This document shows, one piece after another, positions 35,727 to 45,179 of a DNA stretch of 64,000 nt. The notes under the pieces were generated by a model. It did not search any database, was not told the DNA's origin, and worked only from the letters and a program-made list of their open reading frames with translations. The first letter of the stretch is position 1, and each line of letters opens with the position of its first letter. The stretch lies in NCBI GenBank assembly GCA_025284135.1, contig GCA_025284135.1_3646.1. One strand, given 5' to 3'. Made by a program: the position numbers and the translations under genes. The DNA is from a phage.

Positions 35727-37217
35727 GTGGCTAAGTATGGATTGACAGAGGCTGGTTTCGTTATACCAACCCTAAATGACCTAATCGTTGAAACTAAGCA
35801 AAGCCTGATCCGTGCTTTTGGCGAAAACTTCAACGTACAGAGTAACTCCGTTGCAGATAAGCTGACCACTATCTTCAACGAGCGAGAGTATCAACTTATT
35901 CTTATGGCAGCATCTGTATATGCATCACAGACGCTGTATGGGGCAGAAGGTATTTACCTAGATGAGCTTCTTGGAAGACAGGGTATTTACCGAAGAGGCC
36001 GTTCTAAATCATCAGGTACCTGCCAGTTGACAATCAACACAACTGTGCCGTACAATATGATTTATGATTCCAAAACTTATACGCTGGACAGTGGCAACTT
36101 TGTTCTTAGCAACGATGTGCAAGTAGCAGGGAATCTTATTGCTCACAGAATAAATGCTCCAGACCTAAGGATTGGGAAATACAACTTCCAAATTACCAAC
36201 CAGACAGATGGAAGTATCAAAACAAAAAGCCTGGTTTTAACAGATAAGTCTCTGGACTCTTCTGATTTGCCAAGCTTTTACGGAGAGATTAAGCAATTCA
36301 TTGTCGATAATACAACTCTGTTGAACGACGATTTGATTCAAATCGATATGTTGACAGGAACGTTGTGGATAGGGTACAATTCGAATCTTGATCAGGTTGG
36401 ACTTAATAGTAGGGTAGATTTCAGAGTATCCCCGATTGTAGGGGAAAGAACTATCACTCTAGATGTTATCGCTAACGAGGCTGGTGAGCTGTCAAGGGAG
36501 GCAGAAACCGTGACAACAATGTCGCCTACCCCCAGCGGATTTATTAAGCTTACCAACCGAGAAAGATTCAATGAGGGAAGGGATGTTGAAAAAGACTCAG
36601 AGTATCGCTTAAGAGCTTCCAGCACAAAACAGTTAACATCGAAGGCTACCCGTCCTGCAATCCTTAGCGCTGTAAGCGAGGTAAAAGGTGTTGAGAAAGT
36701 GAGAGTGTTCTCCAACAACACCGATAAAACTGATGCTAAAGGTATACCTCCTTACAAGTTCCAAGTGGTTGTGTTTGGTGGTGCAACGGAGGACATTTGC
36801 CAAGCACTTTACCAAACTATAGCCTGTACGAACAGGACTTATGGTAATATTTTCTACGATATCGCTACATCTGACGGTCAAACTGAAAGAATTTATTACT
36901 CCAGGGCAAATACCTACCGCCTAGATGTAAGAATTACCTATTCCGGCGCTGCGCTTTCCACAACCGAAAAAGATGCCATTGTAGAGGCTCTTTTGCAGGT
37001 TGTTAACGGACTTGATGTTGCAGATACGTTGTACAATATCCAATTGGTCGGTGCTGCATCCGCTGCTGTGTCGATAGGTAGATTTAATAGACTGGTAATT
37101 CAAGTTAAACCAGTAGGAGCTTCTGATGAAGCTTACACGACAAACGATATTGTTGCGAACATGACCGAGGTGTTTGACCTCGACGAAAGTAATATAACTT
37201 TCCAACAAACTATTTAA
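35727..37217 (+). CDS. virion/tail-fibre module protein (496 aa)
   Basis: GTG start with GGAGG RBS; lies in fibre module; no diagnostic motif. Confidence 0.4.
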   Translation: MAKYGLTEAGFVIPTLNDLIVETKQSLIRAFGENFNVQSNSVADKLTTIFNEREYQLILMAASVYASQTLYGAEGIYLDELLGRQGIYRRGRSKSSGTCQLTINTTVPYNMIYDSKTYTLDSGNFVLSNDVQVAGNLIAHRINAPDLRIGKYNFQITNQTDGSIKTKSLVLTDKSLDSSDLPSFYGEIKQFIVDNTTLLNDDLIQIDMLTGTLWIGYNSNLDQVGLNSRVDFRVSPIVGERTITLDVIANEAGELSREAETVTTMSPTPSGFIKLTNRERFNEGRDVEKDSEYRLRASSTKQLTSKATRPAILSAVSEVKGVEKVRVFSNNTDKTDAKGIPPYKFQVVVFGGATEDICQALYQTIACTNRTYGNIFYDIATSDGQTERIYYSRANTYRLDVRITYSGAALSTTEKDAIVEALLQVVNGLDVADTLYNIQLVGAASAAVSIGRFNRLVIQVKPVGASDEAYTTNDIVANMTEVFDLDESNITFQQTI

Positions 37218-37228
37218 GGCGGCGAGAT

Positions 37229-37915
37229 ATGGCAGAGATTAAGTCGGATGTTAACCACATCCACACTCTGCCAGATTTTGTTCAGGGAGGTCTTGACTAC
37301 CTACCTGGAGATTTTCTGGCTGAGAAGGTTAATTTAGTCACATTCTTAACCGTATACCTTAAAAGGTTGGAGGATGTTGATAAGATGCTGGTAGGTTTGG
37401 CTGAAGGAAGATTGCTTAACAATGCCAGCGGAAGATACCTTGACGAAGTTGGTAATCAACTTGGTATTCTTAGGAATGGACTTTCAGATGCTGATTTTCG
37501 TGCCACACTAATTATTCAGCAGGCCGCAGCATCAAGGGGCGGGACTCGCGAAGATGTCATCTCCACCTTGCGACAATTGTTCGGAAGAGACAATTTCGAT
37601 ACGTGGAAAGGAGACAACTTCAGGTTTGACATAAATATTAGAAAAACTTGCTTTGACATATTGCAGTCTATCGATCAGATCTTAGATATGCTACCATTAC
37701 CTTGTCATTTGCGTCTTACAGAATCGCAAGGGCAAGCTTTTGGTTTTGAAGGGGACTCTACAGCTCTTGGCTTCGGATCAGTGTGGGAAGAAAACCAATT
37801 CGGAGTTGGTGGGCTGGCTACTTTGCTATATGTTCCTGACGTAAGACCTGATTGGGACACCACAACCATTTATTGTGAAAGTATTACAGTAAACGCAACT
37901 AGACAGGAGGGTTAA
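37229..37915 (+). CDS. tail-fibre module protein (228 aa)
   Basis: Position; start of next gene overlaps its stop. Confidence 0.35.
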   Translation: MAEIKSDVNHIHTLPDFVQGGLDYLPGDFLAEKVNLVTFLTVYLKRLEDVDKMLVGLAEGRLLNNASGRYLDEVGNQLGILRNGLSDADFRATLIIQQAAASRGGTREDVISTLRQLFGRDNFDTWKGDNFRFDINIRKTCFDILQSIDQILDMLPLPCHLRLTESQGQAFGFEGDSTALGFGSVWEENQFGVGGLATLLYVPDVRPDWDTTTIYCESITVNATRQEG

Positions 37916-39987
37916 TGGCAACAGCTGTTTTTAAACCTTACCGTGATTACTCTACAATGGCTGCACAGTTTCATTACCGAACAGTTCAGGATACTGCCGT
38001 TCCTGGTAGGGATTATAATCATGTTGAGGGCGATGTAACTATCCCAATTGGGGCAACCAGTATTGAAATCCCAGTGGAAATTGTTGACAAATTACCCAAC
38101 AGGTTACCAAGAAGCTTCTTTATGGAGTTTTCATCAAAATCTCAAGGGGTGATGATTGGGACACAAAGGGCAAAATGTACAATAGTTTCAGATGAGAATC
38201 TTGACAGGATATCTTGGGATACTGTTGAGGAGAGAATGTTTCACCCAAGATATTGGGTTACAAATACTCAGCAGACTGAAAGTACCTGTATTGTTGCAGA
38301 TGACAACTGTTGTATTAACCGTTTAGTGTCAAGAACATATGGAGGTATGGCTGGGTGCATTTGGGAAACAGTTGACAAGTATGACCATTTCGGTATTGGG
38401 TTTGATGATCACTATGAGATGAGAAACACCAAGCTTTGGTTCAGAATGTCAATAACCAATGCCAGCAACTTCTCCACCCCTGAAAAGATGATTATGACTG
38501 TAGACCTTGTCGATGGCACAATCATCTATGTTCCTTTAGCTCAATATGCTGTCAGCATCTCAGAGGATAAGAATGTTGCAGAAATTCATATTGATTTTGA
38601 GGACTGCGTCGGGATGGACCAGAACAACAACATGATGGGTGTTGATCCTCGGCAGGTTAGAAGGATTTTAATACCACTCATGCCTAAAGACTGGGTAAGT
38701 AATAGCACAGACCCGAGAACGGAAAATGTAGAGTGTGAGTTGCGCCTAGATTTGCTTCAGCCAGACACAGGCTGGAAAATGATGCAACTTAACAATATTC
38801 AGGTGAGAGAGCACGACGTTGGGATCTGCACCGCATATGACGATATGTGGAACGTATCCCCTTTAAGGGTGTTGAACAATATCAAGCGTCTGGGCTATAC
38901 CGGAACCATAAACCATTATGTTGGTATGAGTCATTATTATGACTACACATGGTCAGGAACTCAATGGTCTATAAACAGAACAGGAGCGCTAAACGCTGCA
39001 GCTTATAAATGGCATGATGATTTTATGTACAATGCCAAACGACATAACTTCGACGTTATGCAATCTGTAAGTTTTGAGCTTTTCAGCGATGCCTGCCCGT
39101 TGGAATGGACCCAAAGAGACTGGAACGATAACTACGCTAAAACAGGGTATACACCTTGTAGCTACCTCCTGTCTCCAACCATTGAAGAGGGTATGAATTT
39201 CCTTACTGCAGTATTTAAGAATTTTGCATCAGCCGCTATGAGAAACAACCTGCCAGTGATTATGCAGGTTGGTGAACCGTGGTGGTGGTACAATACCGAT
39301 ACTCGTAGACCTTGTATTTATGATTACCCTACAAAACAGGCGTTTTATGATGAGACAGGCGAGTATGCATTAGATATTGGGACTATTGACGATCCTAAAA
39401 CTGGCGGTGTTTACGATAAGTATGTAGCATTTTGTCGTGGTAAGCTTGGCGCTCGTATTGCGGCTATTTCAAAGGCAATAAAGGCACACGCTGCATCAGC
39501 TCAGATGACAGCTCTGCTGTTTTTCCCAACCATTATGGAAACCGAGCTTACGCAAAAGCTTAACCTTGCTGACCAATATAAAAAGGAAGCAGGTGCTCTT
39601 GATTTCTTCTGCACCGAGTGCTACGATTGGGTGATGCAGGGAGGTATTGAAAAGGCAAAAGAGTCTGTAAACATACCTATCGTTAAGTTAGGTTGGCAAC
39701 CGTCTGAAATACAATACCTTGCAGGGTTCGTTCCTAGTAAAGAGCTTGCTCCGGTATATGGCTACGACCCAACCAGGAATTACCAAGAATTTTTATGGAG
39801 ATGTATTTGCGGAAACATGGCAACTATAGAGTATAGATACCCTGAGGTAAAACAGTATGTGTGGGCATACCCGCAAGTAATGTCTGACAGCATCACTGTT
39901 ACCGCTAGAGATTCTACCGTGCTTCATATGGGGCAGGTTGCTCTGAAAGGGTATGTAGAAGATGTTGTCCCGCCAGACTTCTCATAA
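37915..39987 (+). CDS. tail-fibre module protein (690 aa), Trp/Tyr-rich, possible enzymatic domain
   Basis: Position; composition; no confident motif. Confidence 0.4.
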   Translation: MATAVFKPYRDYSTMAAQFHYRTVQDTAVPGRDYNHVEGDVTIPIGATSIEIPVEIVDKLPNRLPRSFFMEFSSKSQGVMIGTQRAKCTIVSDENLDRISWDTVEERMFHPRYWVTNTQQTESTCIVADDNCCINRLVSRTYGGMAGCIWETVDKYDHFGIGFDDHYEMRNTKLWFRMSITNASNFSTPEKMIMTVDLVDGTIIYVPLAQYAVSISEDKNVAEIHIDFEDCVGMDQNNNMMGVDPRQVRRILIPLMPKDWVSNSTDPRTENVECELRLDLLQPDTGWKMMQLNNIQVREHDVGICTAYDDMWNVSPLRVLNNIKRLGYTGTINHYVGMSHYYDYTWSGTQWSINRTGALNAAAYKWHDDFMYNAKRHNFDVMQSVSFELFSDACPLEWTQRDWNDNYAKTGYTPCSYLLSPTIEEGMNFLTAVFKNFASAAMRNNLPVIMQVGEPWWWYNTDTRRPCIYDYPTKQAFYDETGEYALDIGTIDDPKTGGVYDKYVAFCRGKLGARIAAISKAIKAHAASAQMTALLFFPTIMETELTQKLNLADQYKKEAGALDFFCTECYDWVMQGGIEKAKESVNIPIVKLGWQPSEIQYLAGFVPSKELAPVYGYDPTRNYQEFLWRCICGNMATIEYRYPEVKQYVWAYPQVMSDSITVTARDSTVLHMGQVALKGYVEDVVPPDFS

Positions 39988-39999
39988 TCAGGAGATAAA

Positions 40000-41040
40000 A
40001 TGTCAAAACCTAGTTTTCCATTAGAGATTTGGGCAGAGGAGGATCAGGTTCTGCCTAACACCCACAGACAGAACAGGCTACGCCCGATTGATGATTTGTG
40101 GAGAAAAGGTTGGGATCTTGGTCAAAAGCCCTCATGTGAAGAACTTAACTATATTTTCAATATGCTCGGAACTTGGGCAAAATACATTGCTGACGAGCAG
40201 ATCCCCGCTCAAGAAGGCCGTTATCTGGTACGTGATAATAACTTGAGTGATCTTTTGAACATCCCTGTTGCCCGTAGAAACCTTGGGATTATTACCAAGG
40301 AAGAGGCAGACGCCAGGTATGTAAAAGTTACAGGTGATACAATGACAGGCCCATTGGGTTTGCAACGTATCAACTTTAAGGCTGCCGAGACAGATAAGGC
40401 TTGGATAGAGACAACTATTGGCCCAGATAAGACAACTCTCGACTTCGGGTTAAGTGATAATATTGGGTCGTTTGATGATGGTGGTACATCTACAGTAGAT
40501 GCGTTTCGTTGGAGATTCCAGCCAACTCAGCCGGATATTAATCCAGAGTTCACTTTGATGTACCTTAACGCGATCACGGCGAACCGTGCGCTGTTGAAAG
40601 TGGTAGGCAATGTTGAAGTTGTCGATAACATGAGGTGCAATAACCTTACTATCAGCAATACAGCAACATTCACCAACTGTAATGTGGCTAGTCAGTTGAC
40701 GGCTGGGTCAGTATATGTTAATGGTGGTGCAAGTTGTGACAGCATGGTTGTAAGAAGTCAGCACTGTGTTGTCGGTAACAGAAATGTGGTTCGCTCTGTG
40801 AACGGAGTGACGGCTAACGGTAACGGTGATGTAACGATCACTATCCCGCAGACAGGTGTGCAAGACATCAGAATCGGTGCAAGACTTGTTGACGGCGTTT
40901 CTGAATCTCCAATTCGCAACGGCTACGTTGTCACAGGCTGGCATTTCGGTGACAAAAAAGAGATGCGTGGTTCAACCTACTGGGCAGGACCTTTACAAAA
41001 ACTTGTAAATGGTCAATGGATCACTGTTAATTATGCATAG
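40000..41040 (+). CDS. tail fibre / receptor-binding protein (paralog 1)
   Basis: Followed by a Tfa-like chaperone; paralogous throughout to ORF 42055 (shared FRWRFQP, LNAITANRA, C-terminal FVNGQWITVNYA). Confidence 0.6.
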   Translation: MSKPSFPLEIWAEEDQVLPNTHRQNRLRPIDDLWRKGWDLGQKPSCEELNYIFNMLGTWAKYIADEQIPAQEGRYLVRDNNLSDLLNIPVARRNLGIITKEEADARYVKVTGDTMTGPLGLQRINFKAAETDKAWIETTIGPDKTTLDFGLSDNIGSFDDGGTSTVDAFRWRFQPTQPDINPEFTLMYLNAITANRALLKVVGNVEVVDNMRCNNLTISNTATFTNCNVASQLTAGSVYVNGGASCDSMVVRSQHCVVGNRNVVRSVNGVTANGNGDVTITIPQTGVQDIRIGARLVDGVSESPIRNGYVVTGWHFGDKKEMRGSTYWAGPLQKLVNGQWITVNYA

Positions 41041-41054
41041 ATCGGAGGACTAGC

Positions 41055-41639
41055 ATGAAAATACTTCAAGAGTTTAAACTTTACCAACCGGGATCTGGCG
41101 AATACCACGCCAACAAGGAAACCAAAGAGCTGACCCCTCAAGAGGTTGAGGATTACACCGCATACACTGGGTATTTTTTACGTAATGATGATGGCGATTG
41201 GTATGTGCAGTCACGAACATTACGACAAGAAAATCCGGGTTGTATCTTCCTACTTGTTGACGAGAAGGGAATTCTTAAGACATCTACAGAAGAACCTGAT
41301 GCCTTATGGCCTGCTCCAGGTCTTCGTGTGGTTATCGCCAAAAAAGAAGAGGTACCAGAAAACATTATGCTTCACCACGACGCTTTGCGTTTAGTTGGTG
41401 ATGAATTTGTCACAGATAATGAATTCTTTGTTCAACAGGCAGAGGGTGTCATAGAGACAGAACTTGCTTGGGCTACTGCTAGAATTGGTGCCTATCAAGA
41501 CATGATTGACCTTGAATATGATCTTACTGATGACCAGAAACGTAACATCAGGGATTTGAAAATGTACAGGGTAAAACTTCTTGAAATAGATACATCTAAA
41601 GCCCCTGACATTTTCTTCCCGGAGCGACCTACCCTCTAA
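41055..41639 (+). CDS. tail fibre assembly protein (Tfa-like chaperone)
   Basis: C-terminal DDQKRNIRDLKMYRVKLLEIDTSKAPDIFFPERP matches the conserved Tfa C-terminal signature. Confidence 0.7.
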   Translation: MKILQEFKLYQPGSGEYHANKETKELTPQEVEDYTAYTGYFLRNDDGDWYVQSRTLRQENPGCIFLLVDEKGILKTSTEEPDALWPAPGLRVVIAKKEEVPENIMLHHDALRLVGDEFVTDNEFFVQQAEGVIETELAWATARIGAYQDMIDLEYDLTDDQKRNIRDLKMYRVKLLEIDTSKAPDIFFPERPTL

Positions 41640-41650
41640 GAGGAGGTGTT

Positions 41651-41965
41651 GTGGAGTTGGATTTGGCGGCATTGTACGGTATCTGCATGGGTACCGTTGT
41701 CCCGATCTGTGTATGGGCTTTCAACCAGTGGCACACTAAATGGAAAGGTATTTCCAAGAGGTTGGATGAACTGGAGAAAGACCTCATCTTAGTGAAAAAC
41801 AGTATGGTTACAAAAGATAAACTTGATTCCGTTATCGAGACCCGGTTAAGCAAGCTAGAGGCCGATATTAACGACCTTAAGCAGGATGTCAGGACAGATG
41901 TCTCCGGTATCCGAGCTGATGTACAAAAGATTTTGCACATGCTTGTAGAGCATAGTAAAAGGTAA
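41651..41965 (+). CDS. small single-TM protein with C-terminal coiled coil
   Basis: TM segment LAALYGICMGTVVPICVWAF; GTG start with GAGGAGG RBS. Confidence 0.4.
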   Translation: MELDLAALYGICMGTVVPICVWAFNQWHTKWKGISKRLDELEKDLILVKNSMVTKDKLDSVIETRLSKLEADINDLKQDVRTDVSGIRADVQKILHMLVEHSKR

Positions 41966-42054
41966 ACAAAGGTCAGAACGGAAAGGACTCCGTTCTTGCA
42001 TTTTGTTCTCTAAAGTGTTAAAATAGTCCTAAGGAATTTTCTCAGGAGAACGTG

Positions 42055-43098
42055 ATGACTAAACCAGTTATCCCTCTTGATATTTGGGCCAATCAGGATG
42101 TTGTGCTTGAAAATACGGGAGAGTTGAATAAGTCTCAACCAAAAAAAGAAGATAGATTGAAAGGTTGGGATATGACACAAAGAATGGCATGTGAAGTTGT
42201 TAACTTTGAACTTCACATGCTTTCTGCGTGGTTGAAGCATTTAACAGAAGATGTTGTCCCGGGATGGGATAATAGATTCTTAAGGGTCACTAATAATCTA
42301 GCAGACGTTCCAGACAAAGCTGCTGCACGTCAAGTTCTCAATGTATACTCGCCTGAAGAAATGGACGATCTATATGTTGACAAGTCTGGAGACATAATGA
42401 CTCAGACTCAAACTTTAGGTCTTCAAAGAATCGAGTTTGCATCTGCGTCAACAGACAATGCGGCAATATATACCACCATAACTCCAGACAAGACGACAAT
42501 GGACTTCTGGATTATGGACAACATCGGCGGTGCTGACGGCACAGACCTTGATGATCCTTCTCACCAAATAGACGGGTTCCGTTGGAGATTTCAACCTTCT
42601 GGTGGTCAGCCTGTGTTTTCGGCTATGAAGCTCAATGCTATAACTGCCAACCGTGCAAGACTGGCTATCCAAGGAAATCTTGAATGCAACGATGCAAAAA
42701 GTTCCTCTGCAAATGCCAATGCGGTCACGATACCAAGAGCCACTGTTAACGGACAACAGTCCTGCGGAAGCGCTCAAATAGGTGAAAGAGTTGATTGTAA
42801 CGATGAAACCGTTAGGGGCCAATATGCAACAGTCGGTGGAAGAAACGTGGTCCGTAGGGTAAATGGTAGTAGCGCAGACAGTAGTGGTAACCTTACTATT
42901 CCTATGCCTAGTAGGGGTGTTGAAGATGTAAGGATAGCAAACCGTTTCAGAACCACCTACAGAGAATCAAGAGTATACCCTGGGCATGTAATGTGCTCCG
43001 GCAATTACGCCTATAAACACCCGTATCAGGGCGACTATTGGACTGGAGCCATTCAAAAATTTGTAAATGGTCAATGGATCACTATATCTTATGCTTAA
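42055..43098 (+). CDS. tail fibre / receptor-binding protein (paralog 2) (start moved to ATG 42055)
   Basis: Paralogous to 40000-41040 over full length; C-terminal FVNGQWITISYA. Confidence 0.6.
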   Translation: MTKPVIPLDIWANQDVVLENTGELNKSQPKKEDRLKGWDMTQRMACEVVNFELHMLSAWLKHLTEDVVPGWDNRFLRVTNNLADVPDKAAARQVLNVYSPEEMDDLYVDKSGDIMTQTQTLGLQRIEFASASTDNAAIYTTITPDKTTMDFWIMDNIGGADGTDLDDPSHQIDGFRWRFQPSGGQPVFSAMKLNAITANRARLAIQGNLECNDAKSSSANANAVTIPRATVNGQQSCGSAQIGERVDCNDETVRGQYATVGGRNVVRRVNGSSADSSGNLTIPMPSRGVEDVRIANRFRTTYRESRVYPGHVMCSGNYAYKHPYQGDYWTGAIQKFVNGQWITISYA

Positions 43099-43109
43099 AA
43101 AGAGGGTAA

Positions 43110-43376
43110 ATGAAACTAACTCAGTTTTTATGGGGACTGGTTGCGGCATCTGATGACCCTACGAAAGTGTCCCAATCTAAGCTATGGTCGAATATAGGCA
43201 TGGCGGTGATGACTGGGGTGTTTATTCATATGGGGTATAATGATACGCTTCCGGAATGGTATGCGTGGATATACGCACCTTCAGTAGCCTGCCCCCAGCT
43301 TATTAGCAAATTCATCTCGCTCCGGTGGGGTTGCCAGCACCCTGACCACGTTAAAAACGAAGAGCAAAAAGCTTAA
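43110..43376 (+). CDS. small membrane protein (holin candidate)
   Basis: Two hydrophobic segments (LTQFLWGLVAA; IGMAVMTGVFIHMGY), charged C-terminus; 88 aa. Confidence 0.35.
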   Translation: MKLTQFLWGLVAASDDPTKVSQSKLWSNIGMAVMTGVFIHMGYNDTLPEWYAWIYAPSVACPQLISKFISLRWGCQHPDHVKNEEQKA

Positions 43377-43385
43377 GGAGAAATC

Positions 43386-45131
43386 ATGGCGCAAGACATG
43401 ACAAGCTTTGAGCAGGCGGTAGATCAAGTAATTGTTGATTCTGAACGTTTGCACTTGGTTGTCAACGGTAACGCTGTGGATGAAGTTGTCGTAGAGGATG
43501 GGACCACCATCCCTACGGTACGAAAAGCCATGCTTGACAACCTTTATTTTAAAACGCCACCGATCCCTTGGGCGTATGGTGCATCCACAACAGTTTTTAA
43601 CCAGCTGTATGAGTTTAAAGGGGACACAGGCCCTCAATGGTGGTACGCTCCCGCAGCATCAAAATCTAACCCGGTTAGAATGCCAGCAGATCCTTCACAA
43701 TCTCCAAACTGGAGATTATACACCGACTCTGCAGTAATGGCAAAATACTACGCAAAACTTAACAGCCCAAGGTTCGAAGGTGACCCGCGAGTACCTACAC
43801 CTCCAATGGACGATAAGTCTGAGTCTATAGCAAACACAGAGTTTGTTGTTGACTATGTGGATAGCATATTTAAAGCCATGGAGGGGATGAAAGTTACTGT
43901 AGGGTCTTTGGTGGTAAAAGGTCTTACAGAACTAGCTAACACCATAGTTGGGGGCACCCTTACCTTACATGGGCCTGTTAATGGAGCAGATTCTACTGCA
44001 CGCTTCAGGAACCTAATCCTCACGGCAAATACTTCTACACTTACTTTTGCGTGGAGCGATCCTAAGCATGCAGACTGGAGAAGCACAGAGCTGCAACCTC
44101 ATGAAGTGTCCACCCACAGGGTTATAGCTGACACTATAACCTCTGGGAAACCAGTGGCTAATAATAACGATGTACATTTTGATGGTCTGGGTAATAACTT
44201 TTTTGACTACGTGTACATTCGTGGTAATGCCATGAAGGCAGCAACCGAACCTACATTGCAGGTCGATGGGACCGCCAGGGTTAAGAACCTTGAGGTGACA
44301 GGCACCGTTACAGGGATAACCTACTCTGTCGATGGTACCATGATCTACCCTAGCTATATTGAAAGCACGGGTGATGCATTGATAAATGGCGATTTAGAGG
44401 TTGGTGGGTCTGTAGTTATTCGAGGTACAGCCTCTATCCAAAACATAGCTCTGAACACTCTGAGAGTCAATGAGCGTGCAACTTTTGAAGGGGAAGGGCT
44501 TACAGCTAACAAAGGCATAATTACCGAGCTGACAACAACTACTTTAACTGCAACAACTGCAAACTCTGAAAACTGCAACGTTACCAGAAACTTGCAGGTA
44601 AACGGCGATGTTAGCTTAAATGACAACGGCACAGGAACAACACGCCTTCATAACCTTGAAATATCCGGCACAGTGACTGGGTGGCTGCCAGACTTCTCTA
44701 ATGTCAATTTTGTTTGTAATGGTATTAACTCCAGCGGTAAGATAACCACCTCTCAAGGAATTGAGGCTGGTAAAACCATCACTGCCCCTACTTTCCACGC
44801 AGGAAAAGTAGACTTTGACTTAGAGGAGGTTGACGCATCTAGTGGGATATGGACACCTAACGGGCAGGCCAGTATGTATGTTGTCCACGCTAAAGGGGAT
44901 TTTACAATAGGGCAGTGGCCTGGGACATCAGCGGAAGATAAACCTTATCCATTCACTGCAGTTATCTATGTCATTCAGGATGCCGTAGGTCACAACGTGA
45001 CTTTGCACGATAAGTATGCTATCCTGTCGGCAACACCTGTTATTAACAACAAGGCTAACAGTGTTACCCTGCTGCAATTAACATATTGTGGTGTTGGTGA
45101 TATCGTAGACGTGGTAATTGCACAACGTTAA
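43386..45131 (+). CDS. tail fibre-like protein (581 aa)
   Basis: Gly/Thr/Asn/Val-rich beta-type repeats typical of fibre shafts; position. Confidence 0.5.
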   Translation: MAQDMTSFEQAVDQVIVDSERLHLVVNGNAVDEVVVEDGTTIPTVRKAMLDNLYFKTPPIPWAYGASTTVFNQLYEFKGDTGPQWWYAPAASKSNPVRMPADPSQSPNWRLYTDSAVMAKYYAKLNSPRFEGDPRVPTPPMDDKSESIANTEFVVDYVDSIFKAMEGMKVTVGSLVVKGLTELANTIVGGTLTLHGPVNGADSTARFRNLILTANTSTLTFAWSDPKHADWRSTELQPHEVSTHRVIADTITSGKPVANNNDVHFDGLGNNFFDYVYIRGNAMKAATEPTLQVDGTARVKNLEVTGTVTGITYSVDGTMIYPSYIESTGDALINGDLEVGGSVVIRGTASIQNIALNTLRVNERATFEGEGLTANKGIITELTTTTLTATTANSENCNVTRNLQVNGDVSLNDNGTGTTRLHNLEISGTVTGWLPDFSNVNFVCNGINSSGKITTSQGIEAGKTITAPTFHAGKVDFDLEEVDASSGIWTPNGQASMYVVHAKGDFTIGQWPGTSAEDKPYPFTAVIYVIQDAVGHNVTLHDKYAILSATPVINNKANSVTLLQLTYCGVGDIVDVVIAQR

Positions 45132-45138
45132 TATATCT

Positions 45139-45168
45139 AACCGCTCCTGACGGGGCGGTTTTCTTATC
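45139..45168 (+). terminator. terminator-like hairpin
   Basis: ACCGCTCC-TGAC-GGGGCGGT followed by TTTCTTATCT. Confidence 0.45.
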
Positions 45169-45179
45169 TGGAGAACACA

